DNA of 64,000 nucleotides from Anaerolineaceae bacterium (GTDB taxonomy: Bacteria; Chloroflexota; Anaerolineae; Anaerolineales; Anaerolineaceae): positions 26,034 to 90,033 of the forward strand of contig JAGPFF010000001.1 of assembly GCA_018056725.1 (NCBI GenBank), given 5' to 3'. The position numbers and the translations under genes are program-made. This document shows, piece by piece, positions 27,956 to 36,280 of the stretch. The notes beneath the pieces are model-generated. The model saw only the letters and a program-made list of their open reading frames with translations, was not told the origin of the DNA and searched no databases. Within the stretch, counting starts at the first letter, position 1; each line of letters opens with the position of its first letter.

Positions 27956-29287
27956 TTAATTGGATGGAAACAACGAATCGAATATTTCCGGAACAAAACG
28001 GGCGACCATTTTGCTGGAAATGCCATTTCTTTGACAGATGTCTTCATAAACATCCACGCTGGTGCGGCGGATGCGCTGCTGGCTGGCAAGATCAAGCCCC
28101 CACAAGCCGAAGCGTTGAGTCCAGCCGCGCTCCCATTCAAAGTTGTCAATCAAGGACCAGTGAAAATAGCCTTTGATTTGCCAGTTGAAGTTGGCAGCGC
28201 GCCAGACCTGGTGCAAATGTTCAATCAGGTAGCGCGGGCGAAGAGTATCCGCTTCGTCCTCAATGCCATTTTCTGTAACATAGATGGGCAGCTCGTATCC
28301 ATGCGCCCACTTAAGTCCGTCCCACATTCCAGCGGGAACATTGGCAATAAAACCGGTCGGACTGAGGAGTGCCCCCCGTGGTGGGCGCCGCCGACCGAAC
28401 ATTTCTCCGGGCAGGAACGGGTCAAAAGAGATGATATCCCGGCTGTAATAATTCAAACCGATAAAATCCTGGGTGCCGGCAGCTTCGGGAAGGGTGATTT
28501 TTTTAAGTACCAGATTGAGCTTTCCGGTTGAGAGGCAGTTGTTAAATGCGCGATTGAAGATCTGATTTTGGATCGTGAGTGGCAGACGGTCGAGGGTGTT
28601 AAAAGGATTGGCGGGCGAAAAACTGCGATAGTTTGTGGCAACGCCAACCTGAGCATCCGGTTGAAGTTCATGAATGACGCGATAAGCAGCGGCATGCCCG
28701 CGGATGAGGTTGGCAAGAACACGTGCGGCAAGACCAAGGTCATGTTTGCCGGGCGGAAAAACGCCTTCCACCCAGCCACTTAGAGCGTATACATTTGGCT
28801 CGTTGATGGTAATCCATAAGGATACATCCCCTTTAATTGCGGAAACTACATGGCGCACGAAGCGGGCGAAAAGGGCGGGAGTGTCCTCATTTTCCCACCC
28901 GCCGAGATCGGTGAGCCATAATGGGTCGGTAAAGTGATGAAGCGTGACCATGGGAGTGAAGCCGTTTTTTTTCAGCCAATGGATGATCTCAATGTAACGG
29001 GAAAGTGCTTCTTCATCCCACCGGTCGGGTTCGGGCTGGATACGGCTCCATTCTATGGATAGCCGGTGGGCATTTTGTGCGCTGTCGCGGGCACGCTGGA
29101 GATCCTCCTCCCAGCGACCGCCCCACCAATCACAGGCGAGCCCGGATTTCTGGTCCTGAAGGATACGCCCGGGTTCGTTTTCCCAACGCGACCAGTTGTT
29201 GTTAGTGTTATTTCCTTCCACTTGATGAGCGGCTGTGGCGGTTCCCCAAAGAAACCCGCGTGGGAAAAAGAAAGTACCTTCAGGCAT
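27956..29287 (-). CDS. GH1 beta-glucosidase
   Basis: 443 aa from MPEGTFFFPRGFLWGTATAAHQVEG (RBS AAAGGAGG). Acid/base TINEPNV and nucleophile YVTENG. Confidence 0.9.
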   Translation of the reverse strand: MPEGTFFFPRGFLWGTATAAHQVEGNNTNNNWSRWENEPGRILQDQKSGLACDWWGGRWEEDLQRARDSAQNAHRLSIEWSRIQPEPDRWDEEALSRYIEIIHWLKKNGFTPMVTLHHFTDPLWLTDLGGWENEDTPALFARFVRHVVSAIKGDVSLWITINEPNVYALSGWVEGVFPPGKHDLGLAARVLANLIRGHAAAYRVIHELQPDAQVGVATNYRSFSPANPFNTLDRLPLTIQNQIFNRAFNNCLSTGKLNLVLKKITLPEAAGTQDFIGLNYYSRDIISFDPFLPGEMFGRRRPPRGALLSPTGFIANVPAGMWDGLKWAHGYELPIYVTENGIEDEADTLRPRYLIEHLHQVWRAANFNWQIKGYFHWSLIDNFEWERGWTQRFGLWGLDLASQQRIRRTSVDVYEDICQRNGISSKMVARFVPEIFDSLFPSN

Positions 29288-29332
29288 CCATCCTCCTTTG
29301 AGGTGATGTGGTTTGATTATAGCCCAAACAAT

Positions 29333-29358
29333 AAAAAAACCCCGCCAAGAGCGGGGTG
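29333..29358 (-). terminator. Rho-independent terminator after the DegV gene
   Basis: Reverse strand: CCCCGC tcttg GCGGGG followed by TTTTTTT. Confidence 0.7.
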
Positions 29359-29375
29359 AGGAGGGCAGTGGTTGG

Positions 29376-30224
29376 TTACATGCCAGCCATGTAAGCGATG
29401 GAGAGTGTACCGGGACCAACGTGACTGCCGATCACCGGGCTGACATAGCTAAGGATGGATTCTTCAGCGTTAAAGCGACGGGTAGCTTCCTCAAGCATGG
29501 AGCGGGCTTTGTCTTCCGCCAGGGCATGAAAAACGGAGATGTGCACCGGGGATCGTCCGTTGATATCCTTCTCCACAAGTTGGAGCATAGCATCGATCGC
29601 TTTATTTAATGAAATAACGCTCTTGACAGCTTCTATCTTGCCATCACGAATCTCGAGAATGGGTTTAATGTTGAGAGAGGTGCCGAGAAAACGTTGGGCA
29701 CCACCGATTCGTCCCCCCGCATGCAGGTATTTCAGGGTATCCACAACGAAGTAGACGCCAATGTGCTCATAGGCTTTTTGTGCGATACGCTTGCATTCCT
29801 CAAGCGAAGCGCCGTCACGAGCAGCGCGTGCTGCAGCCAGCACCTGAAAACTTAATGCCATCGAGACAAGGTGAGTATCGAGCACTTCAATGGGAGCATC
29901 TTTAAATTCTTCACGCGCCTGCACGGCGGAGAAATAGGAACCGGAGATGCCCGAGCTGATGGGCAGCGTAAGGATGGCGTAATCTTCGTCTAAAAGTCTT
30001 TGGAAGAGATTGTGGTAAACACTTACGGGGGTCTGGCTGGTGGTGGGGAGGGTATTGCTTTTTGCCAGCCGGGTGTAGAACTCATCGGGGAGGATATCGA
30101 TGCCATCCCGGTAATCCACACCATCCCAGTTGAGGGTGAGGGGAATTACCTCAATGCCAAGCTCCTCAATATATTTTTGCGGAAGATAAGCAGTCGAATC
30201 GGTGGTAACGATCACTTTTTTCAT
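29376..30224 (-). CDS. DegV family fatty-acid-binding protein
   Basis: 282 aa from MKKVIVTTDSTAYLP (RBS GAGGAG). Contains the DegV motifs TSQTP and GPGTLSIAY. Confidence 0.85.
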   Translation of the reverse strand: MKKVIVTTDSTAYLPQKYIEELGIEVIPLTLNWDGVDYRDGIDILPDEFYTRLAKSNTLPTTSQTPVSVYHNLFQRLLDEDYAILTLPISSGISGSYFSAVQAREEFKDAPIEVLDTHLVSMALSFQVLAAARAARDGASLEECKRIAQKAYEHIGVYFVVDTLKYLHAGGRIGGAQRFLGTSLNIKPILEIRDGKIEAVKSVISLNKAIDAMLQLVEKDINGRSPVHISVFHALAEDKARSMLEEATRRFNAEESILSYVSPVIGSHVGPGTLSIAYMAGM

Positions 30225-30391
30225 CGGTAAACTCCTCGTAATGTATGAACTCGTACCAATAACCAACTTTTCAGTATACTCGTTTTTACTCTTCTGTCAT
30301 GGGTAATAGGTCATATTCCCTTTGCGCGATAAAGTGAATCCCCTACCGGGGGGACAGGCGTGGTAAACTTTGCAGGGAGATTGATTCCGGT

Positions 30392-30724
30392 ATGTTTCGC
30401 AGCAGATTTGTCAGGTTAATGATCGGGTTGGTGCTGATTGCCGTTTTTACCACTGCCTGCGGCAGTTCGGATCCGTTGATTGGGGTTTGGAAGGAACCCA
30501 ACTCGGGGATGATTATGGAATTGACGGATAACAGTGAAGTGGTGATGAGTCTGAATGACTCGAGCCTGACCCTTCAATATCAAACAGAGGATCCGGATGT
30601 GCTGATCTTTCTGGGCACAGCGGATGGCACCATTCCCGAACAACGGATGACCTATCGCATCAAAGAGAATAAGCTGATTCTGACGTTGGATGGGGTAAAC
30701 ACCACTTTCTTTCGCGTTCAATAA
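30392..30724 (+). CDS. Small hypothetical lipoprotein
   Basis: 110 aa with signal peptide and lipobox FTTAC. No family recognised. Confidence 0.55.
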   Translation: MFRSRFVRLMIGLVLIAVFTTACGSSDPLIGVWKEPNSGMIMELTDNSEVVMSLNDSSLTLQYQTEDPDVLIFLGTADGTIPEQRMTYRIKENKLILTLDGVNTTFFRVQ

Positions 30725-30838
30725 CCCACTTGAAACCCCCGGATTGAAAATTGTATACTGGTAGTGTAGGCTTGCGCGGTTCGTGGAACTTTTTATGCGC
30801 GGGTTCGTCTTAAGGAAGACTATGAAGGAGATGTGTAT

Positions 30839-32053
30839 ATGAAGAAAAACTTCCTGTTAAAAACGTTGATCGCGATCCTGATCCTGGCATTAGCCCTCAC
30901 TGCCTGCAATTTGACGGATTATTTCGGTGGTGATACCACCGAAGATTTTGCCCAGATTGAAACGATCGCGGCGGCAACCATTTCAGCCCGCTTCACCCAA
31001 TCGGCATATGAGACAACGGTAGCCCAACTGACACAAGTGGCTCCCACAAGCACGGCAGGCGGGTCTGTGGTGATTGTGACCAACACTCCACAACCAACGA
31101 GCACCTTGATTGCCACTTTTACCCCGGTAGCCCCCTCGGTAACACCCGTTCCTCCAACTAAAACACCGGTTCCCATCCCGTGCAATGCGGCAGAATTTGT
31201 CGACGATGTGACCATAAAGGATTGGAGCACAATTTATGCGGGTGAGTCCTTCGTCAAGACCTGGAAGGTGAAGAATGTGGGCACCTGCTCGTGGACGAAG
31301 GAATACAAGATCTTTTTCTTCGGTGGCAATCAGATGGATGCACCGGCAGCCGTCGCCTTCCCGGAAGTAGTGGATCCAGGCGAGTCGGTCAATCTTTCTG
31401 TGACCATGGTAGCTCCTTCCTCCAAGGGCGAATACAGCGGTAGCTGGATGCTCAAAGCCGCCAATGGCACTGTGTTCGGAGTTGGCAGCGCTTACAACGT
31501 TCCACTATCCGTGAACATCAAAGTAGATAAGCTGCCCGCCGCAAAGGATCCTGATACTGTGTATGATTTAGTGGCGAATTATTGTTCCGCATCCTGGCGC
31601 ACCAATGGGGGGGATATTTCCTGCCCGAGTGCAAAGATTGATACCAGCAATGGATCGATTACCCGCTCCTATGCCCCCGTACTGGCTGGCGGATACAAGG
31701 ATGATGAAGGTGCAATTTACACTGTGCCTGCCAAAGGCGGTGATGGCATGATTCAGGGGAAATTCCCCAAGCTCAAAATTGAAAACGGCTACCGGTTCCG
31801 CAGCCTGCTCATTTGCGCCAACAAAGCCGAGAAATGCTCCGTAACCTATGAGCTCCTCTACACCGAAGTGGGCACGGACAGCGGAGGGTCGCTGGGTTCA
31901 TGGGATGTGACCTACAGCAACTCGATCACTGCCGATGTGGATCTTTCAGCCCTGCAAGGGAAAACCGTCCGACTGACGTTGAAAGTGAGCAGCAAAGGGG
32001 ACTCCACGGATGATGTGGCATTGTGGTTGGCTGCCCGGGTAACCAATCCGTAA
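30839..32053 (+). CDS. Secreted lipoprotein with NBR1-FW (Ig-like) domain
   Basis: Start moved to ATG 30839 (GAAGGAG 8 nt upstream). Lipobox LTAC and a Pro/Thr linker. The FW-domain signature reads VDDVTIKDWSTIYAGESFVKTWKVKNVGTCSW...GEYSGSWMLKAANGTVFG. An uncharacterised ~170-aa C-terminal part follows. Confidence 0.65.
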   Translation: MKKNFLLKTLIAILILALALTACNLTDYFGGDTTEDFAQIETIAAATISARFTQSAYETTVAQLTQVAPTSTAGGSVVIVTNTPQPTSTLIATFTPVAPSVTPVPPTKTPVPIPCNAAEFVDDVTIKDWSTIYAGESFVKTWKVKNVGTCSWTKEYKIFFFGGNQMDAPAAVAFPEVVDPGESVNLSVTMVAPSSKGEYSGSWMLKAANGTVFGVGSAYNVPLSVNIKVDKLPAAKDPDTVYDLVANYCSASWRTNGGDISCPSAKIDTSNGSITRSYAPVLAGGYKDDEGAIYTVPAKGGDGMIQGKFPKLKIENGYRFRSLLICANKAEKCSVTYELLYTEVGTDSGGSLGSWDVTYSNSITADVDLSALQGKTVRLTLKVSSKGDSTDDVALWLAARVTNP

Positions 32054-32061
32054 TCGCAAAG

Positions 32062-32099
32062 AGAGCCAGAAGGTGGTAAACCGCTGGCTCTTTTATTTT
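32062..32099 (+). terminator. Rho-independent terminator
   Basis: AGAGCCAG ... CTGGCTCT followed by TTTATTTT. Confidence 0.7.
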
Positions 32100-32168
32100 C
32101 TTTCTGAAGTTGCTATACTGAAATGACAACGTTGGGATCATTGACAGATGGGAAAAAGGAGGATCAGG

Positions 32169-33206
32169 ATGATTCAGAATCAACACAGGTTACTTCGTTT
32201 GGGGTTATCGCTGCTGGCAGTGGTAGCATTCGCACTCACCAGCATTGGTTCCAGCTCTGCCAGCAATGTACCGGTAATCTCGATCGTATCGGTCGAGGTG
32301 GATAAGAGCGTGACCATTTCAGGCTCAAACTTCCCGGTGGGACAAAAATTTGTGGTGCGTATGGGCGACTATGGCACCTATGCTCTTGGCGGTGAGAAGG
32401 TAGGCAAAGTGGAAACCGACAAGAGCATCTTTACCGCTTCCTTTGATATTCCGGAAGGGTTGAAAGGTGAAGCACGCATCGCCATTCGCCTGGATAGCGA
32501 GCAGGGTTATTACGCCTATAACTGGTTCTACAATGCCACTGCGCCAGCGGACGGCAACACCACGGATAAAGGTGGTTATACCGGTTATCCCACGTTCACC
32601 ATTTCGGATGTGGAACGGAATATGGCAGTGGATATTGAAATCACCAACCTGCCAGCTGATCAGACCTTCACAGTGAAAATGGGCGAGTATCTGACCATGG
32701 GGTTGGGCGGGATTGAGGTTGGCACCTTTGAATCAGGTGAAGGCGGCAGCCTAAAGAAGACCTTCTCCATTCCGGCAGCGCTGGCGGATCGTTCCAAGAT
32801 CGCCATCCGCTTTGACAGCCCGGAGGGGTATTACGCTTACAACTGGTTCTGGAATAACTCCACTGGAGCGCCTGCGACCGGTGGAGACGTGGAACCAACT
32901 GCCCCCGCTTACAGTGGTATTCCGCTTATCCATATTGATGGTGTGGTCAAGGATACCTCCGTCACTGTCAGTGGCACCAACTTCCCCGTGGATCAAACCT
33001 TCAAGGTAACCATGGGGGAATATGGTAAGAAAGGAATTGGCGGTATCGAAGCCGGCAGTTATGAATCGGGGGAGGGTGGAGATTTCACCCAGACCTTTGA
33101 TATCCCGGAGGAACTGGCAGGGAGCTACCGCATCGCCATTCGGCTCGAAACCAGTGATGGCATGTTCTATTCCTACAACTGGTTCTTCAATACCACCACC
33201 GAATAA
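32169..33206 (+). CDS. Secreted protein built from three tandem ~90-aa repeats (unknown family)
   Basis: Start moved to ATG 32169 (AAAGGAGG upstream). A signal peptide is followed by three repeats, each with SG(S/T)NFPV.Q.F.V.MG.Y ... RIAIR(L/F)(D/E)S..G..Y(A/S)YNWF.N. Confidence 0.7.
   Translation: MIQNQHRLLRLGLSLLAVVAFALTSIGSSSASNVPVISIVSVEVDKSVTISGSNFPVGQKFVVRMGDYGTYALGGEKVGKVETDKSIFTASFDIPEGLKGEARIAIRLDSEQGYYAYNWFYNATAPADGNTTDKGGYTGYPTFTISDVERNMAVDIEITNLPADQTFTVKMGEYLTMGLGGIEVGTFESGEGGSLKKTFSIPAALADRSKIAIRFDSPEGYYAYNWFWNNSTGAPATGGDVEPTAPAYSGIPLIHIDGVVKDTSVTVSGTNFPVDQTFKVTMGEYGKKGIGGIEAGSYESGEGGDFTQTFDIPEELAGSYRIAIRLETSDGMFYSYNWFFNTTTE
32265..33191 (+). repeat. Three in-frame tandem repeats of about 270 nt (32265-32534, 32586-32855, 32919-33191) separated by short linkers
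   Basis: Boundaries derived by aligning the protein repeats. The DNA copies are diverged (for example tattacgcctataactggttctacaat / tattacgcttacaactggttctggaat / ttctattcctacaactggttcttcaat). Confidence 0.85.
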
Positions 33207-33233
33207 CCCGGCAAAACAGGTTGTATTCATGCA

Positions 33234-33262
33234 AAAGGCTGCCTCGCAGGGCAGCCTTTTTA
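33234..33262. terminator. Bidirectional terminator between the repeat-protein gene and the Elp3 gene
   Basis: AAAAGGCTGCC tcgca GGGCAGCCTTTTT. Confidence 0.75.
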
Positions 33263-33279
33263 ATTAAGAGAAGCTCGAT

Positions 33280-34950
33280 TTACCACTCTTTGACCATGTA
33301 AAGCTCCTGCTGCTGGAAGCCACGGCGGGCGTAATAAGGGCGGGTGCCAACAGCAGCAATGACTGCCATCTTGCGCAGCCCTTTCTCCCGGGTGATGTGG
33401 GCAGCTTCTTCAAGCAGGCGGGTGCCCAACCCGCTGTGCTGCGCGGCGCCGCTGCTTTCGCGACCCACAGGGAGGGATTGACCGAAGACATGCACTTCAC
33501 GAATGATCGCGGCATTCTTCAGCTCCGGAATTTGCAGGTCGGGAGCGCCTTCTCGCGGGAAAGAAAGGCGTAAATAACCTGCCAGACGGTCTTCAGGGGT
33601 GTTGAAGGAAAGAAAATGCTCCTCACTGCTGGCGGGGGCATAAACCGTATCAAGAAAGGTCAATTGATCTGGTTCAATGGCTTGACCGCGAACCTCACGG
33701 CAGCGAATGCATCGGCAGGAAGTTCCGCGACGCTGCATCTCACGGTGGACATCCTGCCTGAGGCTGGTGCGCTTGTTGCCGGCAACGACGTGAAAAGAGG
33801 GAATATCGCGGATAATGCGATTGACGCGGCAATAAGGAGGAATGAGGGGTTTGATATCCGCCAGCAGCTCCACCAGAGTTTCCGTACTGTAGGGAGTATA
33901 GTCGCCACGCTGCCAGTATTCGTAGAGTTCGGCGGATTCCAGCAGCTGGGTGGGGTAGATCTTGATCTCGTCAGGTGCAAAGCCATCCGACCACAGCCGG
34001 GCAAAATCATCTCGGTCAGACTGGGGCGTGGCTCCCAGGAGGTTGGGCATCCAGTGGAGCACGATCTTAAAACCGGCTGCGCGCAGCAGTGTCATCGCTG
34101 TAAGCGTGTCAGCACGGGTATGTCCCCGTTTGTTCAGGGCGAGGATGCGATCATCCAGACTCTGTGCCCCCATTTGGACTTTTGTGACGCCCAGCTGGCG
34201 CAGCCAAACGAGCTCATCACGGTTGATTTCATCAGGGCGAGTTTCTATGACCAAACCTACATTTCGATGATTGGCATGTTCATTCTGAGCATGGGCAAGC
34301 TTCAGGTCACTGAGGTTGATGGGGGTGTGATCACGTGGAGAGGGCTCTGGGGCAGGAGCGGGCTGAGCGTCCGTGTCCAGGCTGTCTGCATTCATGGCAT
34401 GGAAGCAGCGCCGGATGAACCACTCTTGATAATTGCGCGGGTAGCAGCTCCAGGTACCACCCAGGATGAGCAACTCGATCTTGTCATTGGGATGACCCAC
34501 AGCCGCGTATTCAAGGATGCGGGAATGAACCTGGTCGTACGGGTCAAAATGGTTCTGAAATGCGCGCGCGGCGCCAGGTTCATCGGAGAGGTAACTCTTC
34601 GGCATTTGGTCTTCGCTGGGGCAGAAGATGCAATGACCAGGACACGGAGATTCCTTCGTCAGCACAGTGACGGTGGTCACACCTGAAAGGGTGCGTACCG
34701 GCTTCATGCGAATGCGGGCAAGAAATGACGGATCCTCCGACCATTCGCCTTCCTCCACCAGTTGGTGATAGGCAGCTACCAGAATGTGTTTCGCTACCAG
34801 CGTGCCATCCGGCATGGGGTGAGAGCGTAAAGCGCGGTCCAGCCGGATGCCGCTGCGCACATCCTCCAGGATGGTGCGGGCAGTCTCAAGCTGGGCAGGC
34901 GTATAGTGGCGCGCCTGGCGCCATTGTTCCATTTGTTCTTCAGTTTTCAT
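33280..34950 (-). CDS. elp3: Elp3-family radical SAM / GNAT enzyme (tRNA U34 carboxymethylation-type)
   Basis: 556 aa. Radical-SAM cluster motif SPCPGHCIFCPS, a central rSAM barrel, and the C-terminal GNAT QHSGLGTRLLEEAAHITREKG...VGTRPYYARRGF. This two-domain fusion is diagnostic of Elp3. Confidence 0.85.
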   Translation of the reverse strand: MKTEEQMEQWRQARHYTPAQLETARTILEDVRSGIRLDRALRSHPMPDGTLVAKHILVAAYHQLVEEGEWSEDPSFLARIRMKPVRTLSGVTTVTVLTKESPCPGHCIFCPSEDQMPKSYLSDEPGAARAFQNHFDPYDQVHSRILEYAAVGHPNDKIELLILGGTWSCYPRNYQEWFIRRCFHAMNADSLDTDAQPAPAPEPSPRDHTPINLSDLKLAHAQNEHANHRNVGLVIETRPDEINRDELVWLRQLGVTKVQMGAQSLDDRILALNKRGHTRADTLTAMTLLRAAGFKIVLHWMPNLLGATPQSDRDDFARLWSDGFAPDEIKIYPTQLLESAELYEYWQRGDYTPYSTETLVELLADIKPLIPPYCRVNRIIRDIPSFHVVAGNKRTSLRQDVHREMQRRGTSCRCIRCREVRGQAIEPDQLTFLDTVYAPASSEEHFLSFNTPEDRLAGYLRLSFPREGAPDLQIPELKNAAIIREVHVFGQSLPVGRESSGAAQHSGLGTRLLEEAAHITREKGLRKMAVIAAVGTRPYYARRGFQQQELYMVKEW

Positions 34951-34969
34951 CGGACGTTATAATGGGGGT

Positions 34970-35767
34970 ATGAATCAGCATACCCTTCATCGTTTGATCT
35001 CCATCAATCAGGAATTCTACCAGAATTTCGGGCACGCTTTTGCGCAGACTCGAAGGCGGATCCAACCCGGGGTGAGGTGGGCGCTCGAGAAATGGGGTCA
35101 GGATGGCGATTGGCTCGATCTGGGTTGTGGAAGCGGGGCGCTGGCTCAGGCGTGGCAGAAGGCAGGATTGAAAGGTTCATATACCGGAGTGGATTTTAGT
35201 CTGCCATTATTGGCAGAAGCGCAGAATTTACCAGCGGCTGGCTGCATTGAAACAGGGCTGCAGATCACTTTCCGGCAGGTGAACCTTGCAGAAGCCGATT
35301 GGGTGAAGGAATTCACCCCCCGGAGTTTTGATGGTATTGTCTCGTTCGCAGTCTTGCATCACCTGCCGGGGGCGGCATTACGCGAACAGATGATCCTCCA
35401 GGCAGCCTCCCTGCTGAAACCGCATGGGTTAATGATCCTTTCAGTGTGGCAGTTTCAGAATAGTGCAAAGCTGCTGGCGCGAGTGCAACCCTGGGCAAAG
35501 GTTGGAATCTCGGAGAACGAAGTGGAGGAAGGAGATGCCCTGCTCGACTGGCGCTACCATCCAGATCAGGCGGAGCAAGCCAATGGCTTGCGCTATGTGC
35601 ACCTCTTCACCCGGGAGGAACTGGCAAGATTGAGGGCAGCGGGCGGGTTCACGCTGCTGGAAGAATTCGAATCGGATGGTCAGGGAGGTCGGCTGGGTCT
35701 CTATCAGGTTTGGCGCGCAGGCGATTCATCCGGGGGGTCTTCAGGGTTGAAGCCGGATTTAAGATAA
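34970..35767 (+). CDS. Trm9-like class I SAM-dependent methyltransferase
   Basis: 265 aa. FAQTRRRIQPG, LDLGCGSG, FDGIVSFAVLHHLPG, GDALLDW and LRYVHLFTREEL correspond to yeast Trm9 segments HFSQTRYKPWP, IDVGCGNG, FDFAISIAVVHHWS, QDVFVPW and YRYYHLYREGEL (yeast sequence from memory). Confidence 0.65.
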   Translation: MNQHTLHRLISINQEFYQNFGHAFAQTRRRIQPGVRWALEKWGQDGDWLDLGCGSGALAQAWQKAGLKGSYTGVDFSLPLLAEAQNLPAAGCIETGLQITFRQVNLAEADWVKEFTPRSFDGIVSFAVLHHLPGAALREQMILQAASLLKPHGLMILSVWQFQNSAKLLARVQPWAKVGISENEVEEGDALLDWRYHPDQAEQANGLRYVHLFTREELARLRAAGGFTLLEEFESDGQGGRLGLYQVWRAGDSSGGSSGLKPDLR

Positions 35768-36138
35768 GCCGGTATTTCACCGCGGATACGGCGGCGAAGT
35801 TGACCGAGGTGATAGTTTACCGCGCGGCGTGAAAGGTCGAGCATGGCGGCGATTTCAGCAGTGTTAAAGCCGCGAGAGGAAAGCTCCAGCACCTGCCGCT
35901 GGCGGCGAGAGAGATCGGATGTCGGGGAAAAAATGCGCGGACGCCCGGGTAAACGAACCGGTGCGATGATCACACTGGCATTGACCTGGATGGCAGTAAG
36001 CTTTCCGGGAGGTGCGGCGCGCAATATCGGTAGCGGACGCAAACCGGCATTGATGGCAGCCACCAGTTCAGCCGGAGAGAGATCGATTTCCAATTGGATG
36101 ACAGTGGCGTCATCCGGCAGGTAGAGCAGGCGGGTCAT
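35704..36138 (-). CDS. LuxR-family HTH transcriptional regulator (no receiver-domain phospho-acceptor recognised)
   Basis: C-terminal LSRRQRQVLELSSRGFNTAEIAAMLDLSRRAVNYHLGQL. The start is uncertain (ATG at 36138 or TTG at 36177). The 3' end overlaps the Trm9-like gene by 64 nt. Confidence 0.65.
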   Translation of the reverse strand: MTRLLYLPDDATVIQLEIDLSPAELVAAINAGLRPLPILRAAPPGKLTAIQVNASVIIAPVRLPGRPRIFSPTSDLSRRQRQVLELSSRGFNTAEIAAMLDLSRRAVNYHLGQLRRRIRGEIPAYLKSGFNPEDPPDESPARQT

Positions 36139-36280
36139 GGGAATCCCTGGCGGAGATGGAGTGATTAACAAAACCAATAGAACTTATATTCTATATTTTA
36201 ATCCGCTTCCCATTAATGTCAAGTAGCATCTCCTGTTTTAAGTCTTCCAATGGCCTCTGTCGCAACCGTTGCGTGGGTAG

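Noticed and set aside
33616-34686. 356-aa ORF on the plus strand, entirely inside the Elp3 gene. Similar long antisense ORFs occur at 22680-23420 (inside lysS), 60854-61654 (across the CDF gene), 27827-28531 (inside GH1), 25605-26174 and 26391-26975 (out-of-frame on the coding strand of glgP), and 463-1660 (inside GH3/GH94).
   Set aside because: Shadow ORFs. Each overlaps a gene with unmistakable family motifs, has Arg/Gly/Ser-rich low-information composition, and has no RBS or recognisable domains.
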